Positions 40,846 through 52,319 of a stretch of DNA of 64,000 nucleotides are shown one piece after another. Under the pieces are notes generated by a model. That model was not told the DNA's origin. It saw only the letters and a list, made by a program, of their open reading frames with translations, and made no database searches. Positions within the stretch are counted from its first letter, which is position 1. Each line of letters starts with the position of its first letter. The translations under genes were made by a program, and so were the position numbers. The DNA is taken from NCBI GenBank assembly GCA_037379345.1, contig CM074516.1, positions 248,001-312,000 on the forward strand, given 5' to 3'. Origin of the DNA: Perna viridis. Its lineage: Eukaryota.

Positions 40846-42082
40846 TTAGCTCACCTTGCCAAAGGCCATGTGAGCTATTGCCATCACTTGGCGACTGTCG
40901 TAGTTGTTAACAATTTTTCAAAACTCTTCTCCTCTGACACTATTTGACCAATTGGAACTAAACATGGTATGATTATTCCTTGGTGTATCCTGCATAGAAC
41001 AGATGTGGGGATTTTTGATCCGTAGAAAAACATAGCCGTTACTTAAAATAGAACATAGGAGTCAGACAGTAGTTTTTCGCATATATATTACCAAAACCAT
41101 TAGGTTTAACCAAATTCTAACGGGGAGGGGTAGGGGTAGGTTTAAAGCGTTCAGCATGATGAGATCTATCTGTATTCAAATTTTCATTTCAATCTGTTAA
41201 GCCATGTTGGAGTTATTGCCCTTTTTCGATTTTTTTTGCTATTTTTAATGTTATTTCTTTCAAATATTTTCTCCTCTGACACCACTTGACCAATTGGAAT
41301 CAAACTTGGTATAGAGCTGATGTGGGGATTTTAGATCCGTAGAAAAACATGGCCGCTGTTACTAAAAATAGAACAAAAGGGGTCTGACAGTAGTTTTTCA
41401 CATATACACGTATCTCCAAAACCAACAGATTTAGCCAAATTTTGACAGGGTTAAAGTGTTAAGCATGATGAGATCTATCTGTGGTCAAATTTTCATTTTC
41501 AGTCTGTTAAGCCATGTTGGAGTTATTGCCCTTTTTGGACGTTTTTTTGCTATTTTTAATGTTAGTTCTTTCAAAAACCTTCTCCTGACACTACTTGACC
41601 AATTAGAACAAATTTGGTATGAATGTTCCTTGGGGTATCCTGCATAGAACTGTTGTGGGGATTTTTGATCCGTCAAAAAGCATGGCTGCTGTTATTAAAA
41701 ATAGAACAAAGAGAGCAGACAGTAGATTTTTGCATATATCTCCAAAACCATTAAGTTTAGCAAAATTATTTCTCCAGCTCAAATGACCCTTATTATATGG
41801 CCTTCAAAAGTCTTCAGGGATCAAAGTTGTCAGGTGACTCCTTGTAAGAGTTATTGCCCTTGAAAGATGTGAAATGACAATATTTTTTTTACAATTTTTA
41901 GCCAATATCTTGAAAACTCTAATGTATAGAAAGAAACTTTTTATTGCTATAATGATCCTTAAGATAGTCCTACCAAAGTCTTATTGAGTCAAAATTGTTG
42001 GACAACTCCTTGTTAAATTTATTGCCCTTGAAAGACGAACTTTAACAAGGTGAGTGATTCAGGCCTTGGGAGCCTCTTGTTT
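40846..42082 (+). mobile_element. Complete HINE (non-autonomous Helentron) with internal tandem subrepeats
   Basis: 5' TTTTTAGCTCACCT...GTGAGCTA; 3' AGGTGAGTG plus hairpin AGGC..GCCT and CTTGTTT; T-rich flanks; three internal ~310-350-bp repeats. This matches the architecture described for bivalve HINEs. Confidence 0.85.
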
Positions 42083-42529
42083 ATAAACAGTCAGACATGA
42101 TACCATTGTTTTAGTGAAATACCTGATTTGCATATGAACAGGAAATGTAAACATTTAAGCTGACTCTTTGAATGGATCCAGTACATTGCTGTATTTTAAT
42201 CAATAAATGACTTGCAAACCCAGGGAAACATAAACAAAATACTTTTATTTGAAAGATTAATGATGAAAGGATACCATTTCATGGAAATTACTGGAATCCT
42301 TTCAACTCAATGTGTTCTTCTGCTGGTGATTTTTCCTCGCTTCTGAGTGTGCGTTTTACATGGAAACTAACTTTTTTTGTTGATCTCCTTTGCCAAGAAG
42401 GGGATGCCTGATATACACAATTGCGCTTAATACACAGAAGAATACGGTAAATCTGATCTGTAGAGAACAGTCTGGTAGGAAATATTTTCAACTAAACTGC
42501 TTGACTATATTTTCCTAGATATGACTGTT

Positions 42530-42800
42530 ATTATACACCCTGCTTGAAAGGTAGGAGGTATATAGTGATCATGGTGTTCATCTGTCCACTGTTGTAATCT
42601 GCTACTCCTCTGAAACCACTGAATTTGATGATACTTATTCACACAATCTTTATTACATAATCCAATTGTGCACCTTCTATTTTGATTTTCCATCTGAATG
42701 TTTAAATCACTTCTGGCATGGTGCCCTTTATGGTTTACTGGGGAGGGGAAGGGGATGTCTGGGTATCCCCAAGTGACCTTTGCTCACAGTTTTCTAGTTA
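42530..42800 (+). mobile_element. Degraded short HINE-like element
   Basis: TTATACACCC...GGTATATAG start, CTCCTCTGAAACCACTG core, terminal GTGAC..CTCAC hairpin + CTAGTT; related to 53818-54185. Confidence 0.5.
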
Positions 42801-43627
42801 AAATTGTAACTTTCTGAATGATTTATGGTTATTTAGAAAGTTGACAAAAGAACTTTTGTACTTTTTACAGGCTTAGCATTCTTCTCACTTTCCCACAAAT
42901 GACTACTGAGGTATAATTTTGTTTGTCAAGAAATTGAACTTTTATTATCCGTCTCAGTAGGGGTTCCGACCTTCCACATTTGTTTTAGATTTATTGATTT
43001 ATGTTTTAAGAATGCTCCTAAATCAATGACAAATACTTAAATGTGCCTTTTAGATATTTGAGGACTTAAAAATGAAATGTGACATTACAAAAATGTACAC
43101 ATATTTTGATAGAAGCCTCTGTTTAAAAACATTTAGACTTAAAGCCTAATCTTGTTTGATGATATTGCAATTTTCTATGACACAACTTGTTACTATATCG
43201 GAAAGAGGATTTGTCAGTTGTTTTTGGACCAAAAAACTTGTGTTGAAATTGAAACATGATGTTTTTATTGTGAGAAAGTGGAATTGAATTATAAATTATG
43301 GATTTACTTGACTTGCATTACTTTGAGTAAACACATTTTCAAGGATTTGTGTTTCCAAATTGCATGTTTAAATCTAGAATAACATTAATTTTACATTTAA
43401 ATATGAATTAGTGACAAGTAATATGCATTTACAATGTCATTGTTTTGTAACAGTGATGTCATTTAAAGTCAACTTTTGACACATTAAGATTATATCACTT
43501 AAATTTGGTGTTAGAAACTTTCTTAACTGTTATTTATCTCAATTTACAAAATTAAATCAACTTAACATGATACGTACAAAATAAGATACATTATATGTAA
43601 GTACAAATACTTATATCATTCAGTTAA

Positions 43628-44775
43628 TTACACCTATGTCCTTCGAGAGTTGTAGCATCTAGTACTGACACCGTGTTTAGACAGATCATTACACCCATGT
43701 CCTTCATGAGAGTTGTAGCATCTAGTACTGACACTGTGTTTAGACAGATCATTACACCCATGTTCTTCTCGAGAGTTGTAGCATCTAGTACTGACACCGT
43801 GTTTAGACAGATCATTACACCCATGTTCTTCACGAGAGTTGTAGCATCTAGTACTGACACCGTGTTTAGACAGATCATTACACCCATGTTCTTCACGAGA
43901 GTTGTAGCATCTAGTACTGACACCGTGTTGAGACAGATCATTACACCCATGTCCTTTCAAGAATTGTAGCATCTAGTACTGACACCGTGTTTAGACAGAT
44001 CATTACACCTGTGTCCTTCAAGAATTGTAGCATCTAGTACTGACACCGTGTTTAGACAGATCATTATACCCATGTCCTTCATGAGAGTTGTAGCATCTAG
44101 TACTGACACCGTGTTGAGACAAATCATTACACCATTGTCCTTCAAGATTTGTAGCATCTAGTACTGACACCATGTTGAGACAGATCATTACACCCATGTC
44201 CTTCGAGAGTTGTAGCATCTATTACTGACACAGTGTTGACACATATCATTACACCCATGTCCGTTGAGAAGTGTAGCACCTTGTACTGACACAAAGTAGA
44301 GACATTATTACACCCATGTCCCTTGAGAAGTAAGTATAGCACCTAGTACTGACACGAAGTGGAGACATTATTACACCCATGTCCCATGAGAAGTGTAACA
44401 CCTAGTACTGACACAAAGTGGAGACATTACATCCATGACTCCCTTGAGAAGTGTAGCACCTAGTTGAGACATTAATACATCCTTGTGTCTCAACAGTTGT
44501 AACATCTAGTACTGACACCATGTCTAGACAGATCATTACTCCTTTGTCCCGCAAGACGGTAGCATCTAGTACTGACACAGATTCTTGCACCCTTGTCCCT
44601 GGAATGGTGCAGCACCTAGTTGAGACAGTTAAGTGCACCCATGTCCTTTGAAAGATATAGTATCTAGTACTGACAACTTGTGGAGACACCATGTTGAGAC
44701 AATTAAGAGCACCCTTAACCCTTAATAGGCATAGCACCATATCTGGATAGTTTATCACACCTGTGACCCACATGA
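43628..44775. repeat. Minisatellite, 62-63-bp unit, progressively degenerate toward the 3' end
   Basis: GAGAGTTGTAGCATCTAGTACTGACACCGTGTTTAGACAGATCATTACACCCATGT..; source of ORFs 43624-44785. Confidence 0.93.
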
Positions 44776-45000
44776 GCCATAGCATAAAGAACTGATACCA
44801 TGATTTTCTGTTTAGTTCACCAGAAATATCTCAAAATTTATGCATTAAAAGACACCTTAAAGGAATTTTAATTATGTTGGGCATACAACAACAACTCTGT
44901 TCAGTCTTAGTATTGATAGGATAATACCCCTTAAGATGCTTGTTTCAATATCTACGTTATAAACAAAAGTTTTTGATGGCAATTTTTTTTGTCCTTTCAG

Positions 45001-45093
45001 ATAAAGTTGGTGAACATCAGTAGTAATGACATTGTAGATGGGAATCAGAAATTGACATTAGGTCTGGTGTGGAGTATCATACTTCACTGGCAG
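45001..45093 (+). CDS. DMD: Dystrophin exon 5 equivalent ([31 protein letters not shown])
   Basis: CCTTTCAG acceptor, CAG|GTATGT donor. 93 nt like human exon 5; DIVDGN-KLTLGL-W-IILHWQ motif. Confidence 0.97.
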
Positions 45094-45300
45094 GTATGTC
45101 ATGGTAAAAGGGGGAAGGGGAGTGGTGTGGAATATCATAATTCACTGGCAGGTATGCCATGATAAAGAGGAGGGGACTTGGATGGAGTATCATACTTCAC
45201 TGGCAGGTATGTCATGGTAGAAGGGGGAAGGGGAGTGGTATGGAGTATCATACTTCACTGGCAGGTGTGTCAAGGTAAAAAGGGGGATGGATGTGGAACA
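45065..45300 (+). repeat. Donor-echo array of exon 5 (55-58-bp G-rich unit)
   Basis: 4 copies of TGGAGTATCATACTTCACTGGCAG|GTATGTCATGGTAAAAGGGGGAAGGGG. Confidence 0.93.
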
Positions 45301-45475
45301 TCAACTTACTTATTTTCTCTTCAACTTTGTTATGTCATTAAACTGTAAAATTTCAATTGTGTTGGTCAGCATGTTTTTATTGGTCAGTTCTAATTTATTT
45401 GGTCTATAAAACTTATATTGAGCATTGTAATAGGGTTATTCTATTATTATTGACTGTAATTATGATTTTTACCAG

Positions 45476-45567
45476 GTGAAGGATGTAATGAAGGATTTGA
45501 TGGATGATTTAAGACAGACTAATCTTGAGAGGACCTTACTTAACTGGTGTAGACAATCTACTGAAGG
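45476..45567 (+). CDS. DMD: Dystrophin exon 6a ([31 protein letters not shown])
   Basis: TTTTTACCAG acceptor, GG|GTATGT donor. 92 nt; QTN-E-LL-W-RQST typical of the dystrophin/utrophin CH1-CH2 junction. Confidence 0.95.
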
Positions 45568-45818
45568 GTATGTAATCCCTTTCATCAAATAGTCTTATCA
45601 TGAAATTCATATTCTGCCAATAGTTATTAAGTCAGTCAAAATAATTTTGTTTGTTGTGTAGCTGAGTTGTATTGTATCCTTTATTGAAGTTTCTTTATTG
45701 TTACAATCTTAATTTCTAGAAGAATATTTATATGGTGATATACATTGCTTTTTTTGTCCTTATTATGTTGTTTACTTTAGATATATGTATTTATCTTCCT
45801 TTAATTGTATCTTACCAG

Positions 45819-45899
45819 GTACCAAGATGTGGATATAAGAAATTTTACTAACAGCTGGAGAGATGGACTTGGTTTTAATGCTCTTATCCACCACTTCAG
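45819..45899 (+). CDS. DMD: Dystrophin exon 6b (YQDVDIRNFTNSWRDGLGFNALIHHFR)
   Basis: CTTACCAG acceptor, CAG|GTATGA donor. 81 nt; NFT-SW-DGL-FNALIH CH2 motif; 92+81=173 nt, the size of human exon 6. Confidence 0.96.
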
Positions 45900-46652
45900 G
45901 TATGATGCTAAGGATGTAATGCTCTCATCATCACTCAGGTATAATGCTGAGCAATTAATGCTTTCACCCAACACTTCAGGTATGATGCTGAGGATTTAAT
46001 ACTCTCACCAAACACTTTAGGTATGATGCTGTGGATTTAATGCTCTAACCCAATGCTTCAGGTATGATGCTGAAGATGTAATGCTCTCATCCACCACTTC
46101 AGGTATGATGCTAAGGAATTAATGCTCTCTTCCACCTCTTTAGGTATGATGCCGAGGATGTAATGCTCTCATCCATCAATTCAGGTATGATGCTAAGGAA
46201 GTAATGCTCATATCCACCACTTCAGGTATGATGCTGAAGATTTAAAGCTGTCATTCAACACTTCAGGTATGATGCTGAGGATGTAATGCTCTAACCCAAC
46301 GCTTCAGGTATGATGCTGAGGATGTAATGCTCTAACCCACCACTTCGGGTTTGATGCTGAGGATTTAATGCTCTCATCCATCAATTCAGGTATGATGCTA
46401 AGGAATTAATGCTCTCATCCACCACTTTAGGCATGATGCTTAGGATTTAATGCTCTAACTCAATACTTCAGGTATGATGCTCAGGATGTAATGCTCTCAT
46501 CCACCACTTCAGGTATGGTGCTGTAGATGTAATGCTCTCATCTAACACTTCAGGTATGATGCTGAGGATGTAATGCTCTCATCCAACACTTCAGGTATGA
46601 TGCTGATGATTAAATCCCCTCAGCCACCACTTCAGGCATGATGTTGAGGATT
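45875..46652 (+). repeat. Donor-echo array of exon 6b (41-bp unit)
   Basis: About 19 copies of TTAATGCTCTCATCCACCACTTCAG|GTATGATGCTGAGGA. Confidence 0.95.
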
Positions 46653-46892
46653 TGTTCTTTTCTCTTGTGATTGCTGGCACTATCAAGGGAGATCATTGAT
46701 AGTGTTAATAGATTATGCAGTTTCCTAATACTGTAGTAAGTGTATAAGAACTATCAACTTGAAGTAAAAAAATAATTAGAAATAACACAATATGAAAATA
46801 AAAAAGGTTGTTATGGTTTTTGATATTTTCTCAAAATATTCTTAGCTCCTTTTGCAACAGTTTTCAATCAGCATTTTTTTGTACAATTACAG

Positions 46893-47008
46893 ACCAGACT
46901 TGTTTATATATGAAGATATACTGAACATGGACAAAGAAACAAGACTGAACCATGCATTTGATGTAGCAGAGAAATCTCTGAACATAGATCGACTTCTAGA
47001 TGCTGAAG
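46893..47008 (+). CDS. DMD: Dystrophin exon 7 equivalent (RPDLFIYEDILNMDKETRLNHAFDVAEKSLNIDRLLDAE)
   Basis: TTACAG acceptor, AAG|GTATGG donor. 116 nt, phase 2-1; RPDLF...RL-HAF-A...LLD-E CH2 motif. Confidence 0.95.
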
Positions 47009-48003
47009 GTATGGGTAGCCTACAATAACTGTATATAAACTTACAGAACCTAACAGTGTGGGGAAAAATGACTACAATTACTGTATATAAACTTACAGCG
47101 CCTGAAGGTGTGGGGAAAATGACTACAATTACTGTATATAAACTTACAGAACCTAACAGTGTGGGGAAAAATGACTACAATTACTGTATATAAACTTACA
47201 GTGCCTGATGGTGTGGGGAAAATGACTACAATTACTGTATATAAACTTACAGAACCTAACAGTGTGGGGAAAAATGACTACAATTACTGTACATAAACTT
47301 ACAGAGCCTGACAATGTGGGGAAAAATGACTACAATTACTGTATATAAACTTAAAGAACCTAACAGTGTGGGGAAAAATGACTACAATTACTGTATATAA
47401 ACTTATAGAGCCTGATGGTGTGGGGAAAAATGACTACAGTTACTGTATATAAACTTAAAGAACCTAACAGTGTGGGGAAAAATGACTACAATTACTGTAT
47501 ATAAACTTACAGAACCTAACAGTGTGGGGAAAATGACTACAATTACTGTATATAAACTTACAGAGCCTGACAATGTGGGGAAAAATGACTACAATTACTG
47601 TATATAAACTTACAGCGCCTGACAGTGTGGGGAAAATGACTACAATTACTGTATATAAACTTACAGAACCTGACGGTGTGGGGAAAAATGACTACAATTA
47701 CTGTATATAAACTTACAGAACCTGACAGTGTGGGGGAAAATGACTACAATTACTGTATATAAACTTACAGTGCCTGACAATGTGGGGAAAATGACTACAA
47801 TTACTGTATATAAACTTACAGAACCTAACTGTGGGGAAAATGACTACAATTACTGTATATAAACTTACAGAACCTGACAGTGTGGGGAAAAATGACTACA
47901 ATTACTGTATATAAACTTACAGAGCCTGACGGTGTGGGAAAAATGACTACAATTACTGTATATAAACTTACAGAGCCTGACAATGTTGGGAAAATGACTA
48001 CAA
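46993..48003 (+). repeat. Donor-echo array of exon 7 (~52-bp unit)
   Basis: About 19 copies; unit CTTACAGCGCCTGAAG|GTGTGGGGAAAATGACTACAATTACTGTATATAAA aligns to junction CTTCTAGATGCTGAAG|GTATGGGTAGCCTACAATAACTGTATATAAA. Confidence 0.85.
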
Positions 48004-48239
48004 ATGACTAGTGTCTGTGAAAACATTTATTTGTTTCATTTCTAGTGTCTTTGTAAATGTGTATATTTTGTGTCATTTCTAGTGTCTTTGACAGAGAAAT
48101 CTTAACTGAGTTTGTCTGGGATTATTTAGTCTCCACAGAGATGTCTTACATGAGGGTGTTTGAGATTTCCTAGTGTGCAAGACAGAGAAATCTTGCACAA
48201 GAGAAATCAGACACTTAGGTGTCTATGATTTCATTTGTA

Positions 48240-48412
48240 ACAGAAAGTCCTATCCGAGGGTGTCTGAGATTATCAAGTCTTACCTGAGGGTCTCTGAGAT
48301 TTCTGTCTTATGTGAGGTTCTCTGAGATTTCTTTGTCATACCTGAAGTGGTCTGAGATTTCTCTGTCTTACCTGAGGATGTCTGAAATTTCTATGTCTTA
48401 CCTGAGGGTCTC
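48240..48412. repeat. Degenerate ~29-bp minisatellite (TCTGAGATTTCTCTGTCTTACCTGAGGG)
   Basis: About 6 diverged copies. Confidence 0.7.
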
Positions 48413-49294
48413 ACATTGCTGAAATTAGGAATATCCTTGTCATAAACATGAATAAAAATATGACACCTACCTGTAATCCTTATAACAATGATATGGTATT
48501 GTACTTGGGTAAATTGAGAAAATAAGAGTCTTACAGCTTGCTGGCTTGGATATTGATTAGTGGTGATTTGTTTCTCTGAATGAATTAAACTAATAATTTC
48601 TTTTAAATAAAATTTGTGGATATTAAAAATATAGGCATTTAAAATTAAAGCAGATACAGTGTATAGATATCTTGATTGAAATGAGTTGTCTCCCCTTAAC
48701 CAGTTCTTTAATATATTGTTGATATGAACTGCACATCTATTTTAAGTTATTCAATGAAAACAAGAGACTTTATTAGCTGAATTCAAATGAAATATCCAAA
48801 AATAGATTTTGAATTGTCTGTTACATTTATATATAAGTTTTGGTTAGTCTGTTTTTACATGACATTAAGATAAAGCTATATGACAGTGGCATTGAAGACT
48901 AACAATTAACATGGAAATCAAAGTAAAAAATAAACAAGAAATTGACATGAAAGATCATTAAATCAATTAAAAGTTATAAGCATTAACATTTAGATTTTAT
49001 GTCATTGATAGTAAAGTCACTCAGAATTAAAATTTTAAATACAAAACACTAAGTGCTGTTTCACCAAGGCAGTGTGTCTTATAAGCAATAAGTATTCTTG
49101 TAAGTAGTGGATTTAGAAATTTTGAAAAGGGTGGGATTTCCAGTTTCTTCTATTTCATCAATGGAACTTCAGAGAAGAAAGCCCACTCTCCCAGTGGACC
49201 CTTGCTCGCTGATACAGTTCTATCAATAATTGAAGCTACTTATAGGAAAGATTGCAACACAAGTTTTTCAACTATCAGCCATATGTATTGTATA

Positions 49295-49735
49295 GATTAA
49301 CTTGAAAAAACTTGTGTACTCAAATCAAAAAGTAAACATATGTACTGGACTGAAAGATTAATTTGACTTGAAAAACATGTGTACTCAAATCAAACAGTAA
49401 ACATATGTACTGGACTGAAAGATTAATTTGACTTGAAAAACATGTGTACTCAAATCAAACAGTAAACATATGTACTGGACTGAAAGATTAATTTGACTTG
49501 AAAAACGTGTACTGTGTACTCAAATCAAACAGTAAACATATGTACTGGACTGAAAGATTAATTTGACTTGAAAAACGTGTACTGAAATCAAAAAGTAAAC
49601 ATATGTACTGGACTGTAAGATTAGTTAGACTTGAAAAACAGGTGTACTCAAATCAAACAGTAAACATATGTACTGGACTGAAAGATTAATTTGACTTGAA
49701 AAACATGAGTACACAGATCAAACAGTAAATATATG
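49295..49735. repeat. Minisatellite, 65-bp unit
   Basis: About 7 copies of CAAATCAAACAGTAAACATATGTACTGGACTGAAAGATTAATTTGACTTGAAAAACATGTGTACT. Confidence 0.94.
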
Positions 49736-51979
49736 TTTTCATGTGATTTCATGTACAAAATACATATTTTATAAGAATATGTTCTTATGACTACAAACTA
49801 CTGTCTTTCTGCACAAATTTGTCATCACATTTTACATTATTTTCCCTTCTCTTATGGTCATCTATTTGATATATATAAGAGGATAGCTTGTATGGTGGGT
49901 ATAATGTGGATAGTTCATTTGATGTGTATACCAAGGATCCAGAAACGGTCAGAAAAGGCTGGTCATTGACTGACAAAATTTGCAAATGACTGACAACCAT
50001 TTTCCAATGTTGGACATAAAAAAATGTTCATCCCTTGTAAATTAGTCAGCATGGTTCTATTACTGTATAAACATCTTGTCTACTTGTCTCCTAATTGTTT
50101 ATAGGAAATTATTTGACAGTACGTCAATATTAATTAGCCAATGTGCAGCCACCTGTGACTGTGATTTTACCTGTAACTGATTAGTTGATAATTAAATTAA
50201 CGCTACATGTACAGAACCATTGACGACTCAGAGAATTTTATAATCTATTACTTGATTTACATTAGACAAATCCATCATTTTCCCATCAATCTTTCAATGA
50301 AAGCACATGGTGCTGAAACTACGAATCAGTGATAGTTTGTAATTATTAATTCGTCAATTGGATCTTTTTAATACAAAAATCAACAATCCATTCAAATCAA
50401 TATACATCAAAATATATTTGTGATTTTATTAAAACAATCAACATTTTTTTCATCACTCAGAAGTTTTCAGCTGTTTGCTGATGTGATGAAAAAGTCGAGG
50501 GACACAGTGTTTTATTTACATGTCAGAACATCCAGGTGTGGTCGAAACCGAACTCGTTCACTTGTTCAGATATTTTGTAAAAGACAGAGTATGTGATGGA
50601 ATAACACAAATTCCAATATTTATCTTTAAATAACTACAAAAAAAGGGTTTTTACAGTTTATTCTCGATCTAGGCAGTTAAAAGACTGACACAAACATCTG
50701 CTGAAATTTGATAAAATGTCCGATACAGGCTGTCGAAATTTCCGGACCCTTGGTGTATTACGTGGATACCTTGTATTGTGGGTATTTAAGGATTGTTTTT
50801 AATTCTTGACCAGGTTATGTGATAAAGCAACTTTTGGGCAGCAAAGCAGTTCATGAACAAGCGTAAACTGCCCAAAAGTTGGTTATGCAAGCATAAAGGT
50901 CAAAAATTAAAAACTATCCTTATGATTTAATTCCTAATCAATTAAAGTCAAAGATTTGTCACTTTATTTAGTTTGGCATTATTTGAATTGCTTACTGTGA
51001 ACCGATTGACGTTAATGATGTCACAGTACCAAGTTAATATATTGAAAATAACTTATATTGCACAGATGAGAAATAAACTATCAAATTAAATTATATGTGG
51101 ATAGCTTGTATGGATAGCTTTTGTGGATAGCTTGTATGCAACTTGACTTAAATGATTAGTTGTGATATTAATTTTATTGTTTGAGAATATTGGGTTAGTA
51201 CACAGCAGCTTATACAATAGAGAAGGATTGATCTTGTTTGAATATTGGTTAAACAAACAGTTTGTTTAAGTCATTTCCATCTGGTAAGCAATCTGTTTAT
51301 GTAATACTTGTTGATTGATCAATTGATTTTCAGTCAAAAGTGTTGATTTAAGATCTTGTGGACTGAATACACATTGACAATTTCAAGGCTATGATTATGA
51401 GGGATGGAACTATTTTTAGTCAAGTAACATTTAACTTTGTTGATTATATGCACCTTTGATGTGTGGACTAATTGGACGAGACTTCTTGTAATACACACTG
51501 CTTCTGTTGTAAGTTCAAACAATCACTTCCTCATGGTATATGTCTTTTCCAAAATACATCACTTTGGACAGAACAATTTTGAGCAATTTAACATTTCTGA
51601 TTATTTACACAAATATAGGAAGTCTCTGATGCTATGTCCCTATTATATACATACTACTTTGTGGTTCACGGGTTGCTTTCGGAAATTTCCATCAACCTTA
51701 TTGCTAACAAAGTTAGCATCCTTATAAAATGTTGTGCATGCATCTAAGGAAATGATTGCAAAGCCTATTCTTTTTCATTTAAACTGGCTATAACATATGT
51801 GATGGTGAAAATATAGCATAAAATGAGTAGCATGAGTAAATACCTGAAATAAACCTGAAAATATACTGAAATAATCATTTCTGAAAAATAAGAATTAGAC
51901 GGGCTGTTTTTGAGGAACAGAATGGGATGACAATCTTGAAATTCATTTTGATTGGCCTCGCATGAAGATTTTTAACCTT

Positions 51980-52225
51980 AACCAAACCATCTCCTGCCCT
52001 TATGAGGCCTGATTTACCAAACCCATCTCCTGCCGTCATAAGGCCAGATTTACCAATCCATCTCTGCCCTTGTAAGGCCAGATTTACCCCTTATTAGGCC
52101 TATCCAAACCATCTCCTGCTCTTACAAGGCCAGATTTACCAAACCATCCCTGCCCTTATAAGGCTGGATTTACCAATCCATCTCCTGCCCTTATAAGGCC
52201 AATCCAAACCATTTCCTGCCCTTGC
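51980..52225. repeat. Degenerate ~35-bp minisatellite (ACCAAACCATCTCCTGCCCTTATAAGGCCAGATTT)
   Basis: About 7 copies ending ~95 nt before exon 8. Confidence 0.85.
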
Positions 52226-52319
52226 AAGTTTGCAATTTTGAAGGTGTTGTATTTTTCAACTAAGTTAATGAACTTGTGAATTTTACTTATGGTATTTGTG
52301 ATTTGTGACTTTTTTTCAG

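Noticed and set aside
42288-42491. Possible internal first exon or antisense ORF in intron 4
   Set aside because: The frame leading to the ACG|GTAAAT donor has no ATG after the last stop; no recognisable protein.
43624-44785. Multiple overlapping repeat ORFs on both strands
   Set aside because: Artefacts of a 62-63-bp tandem array.
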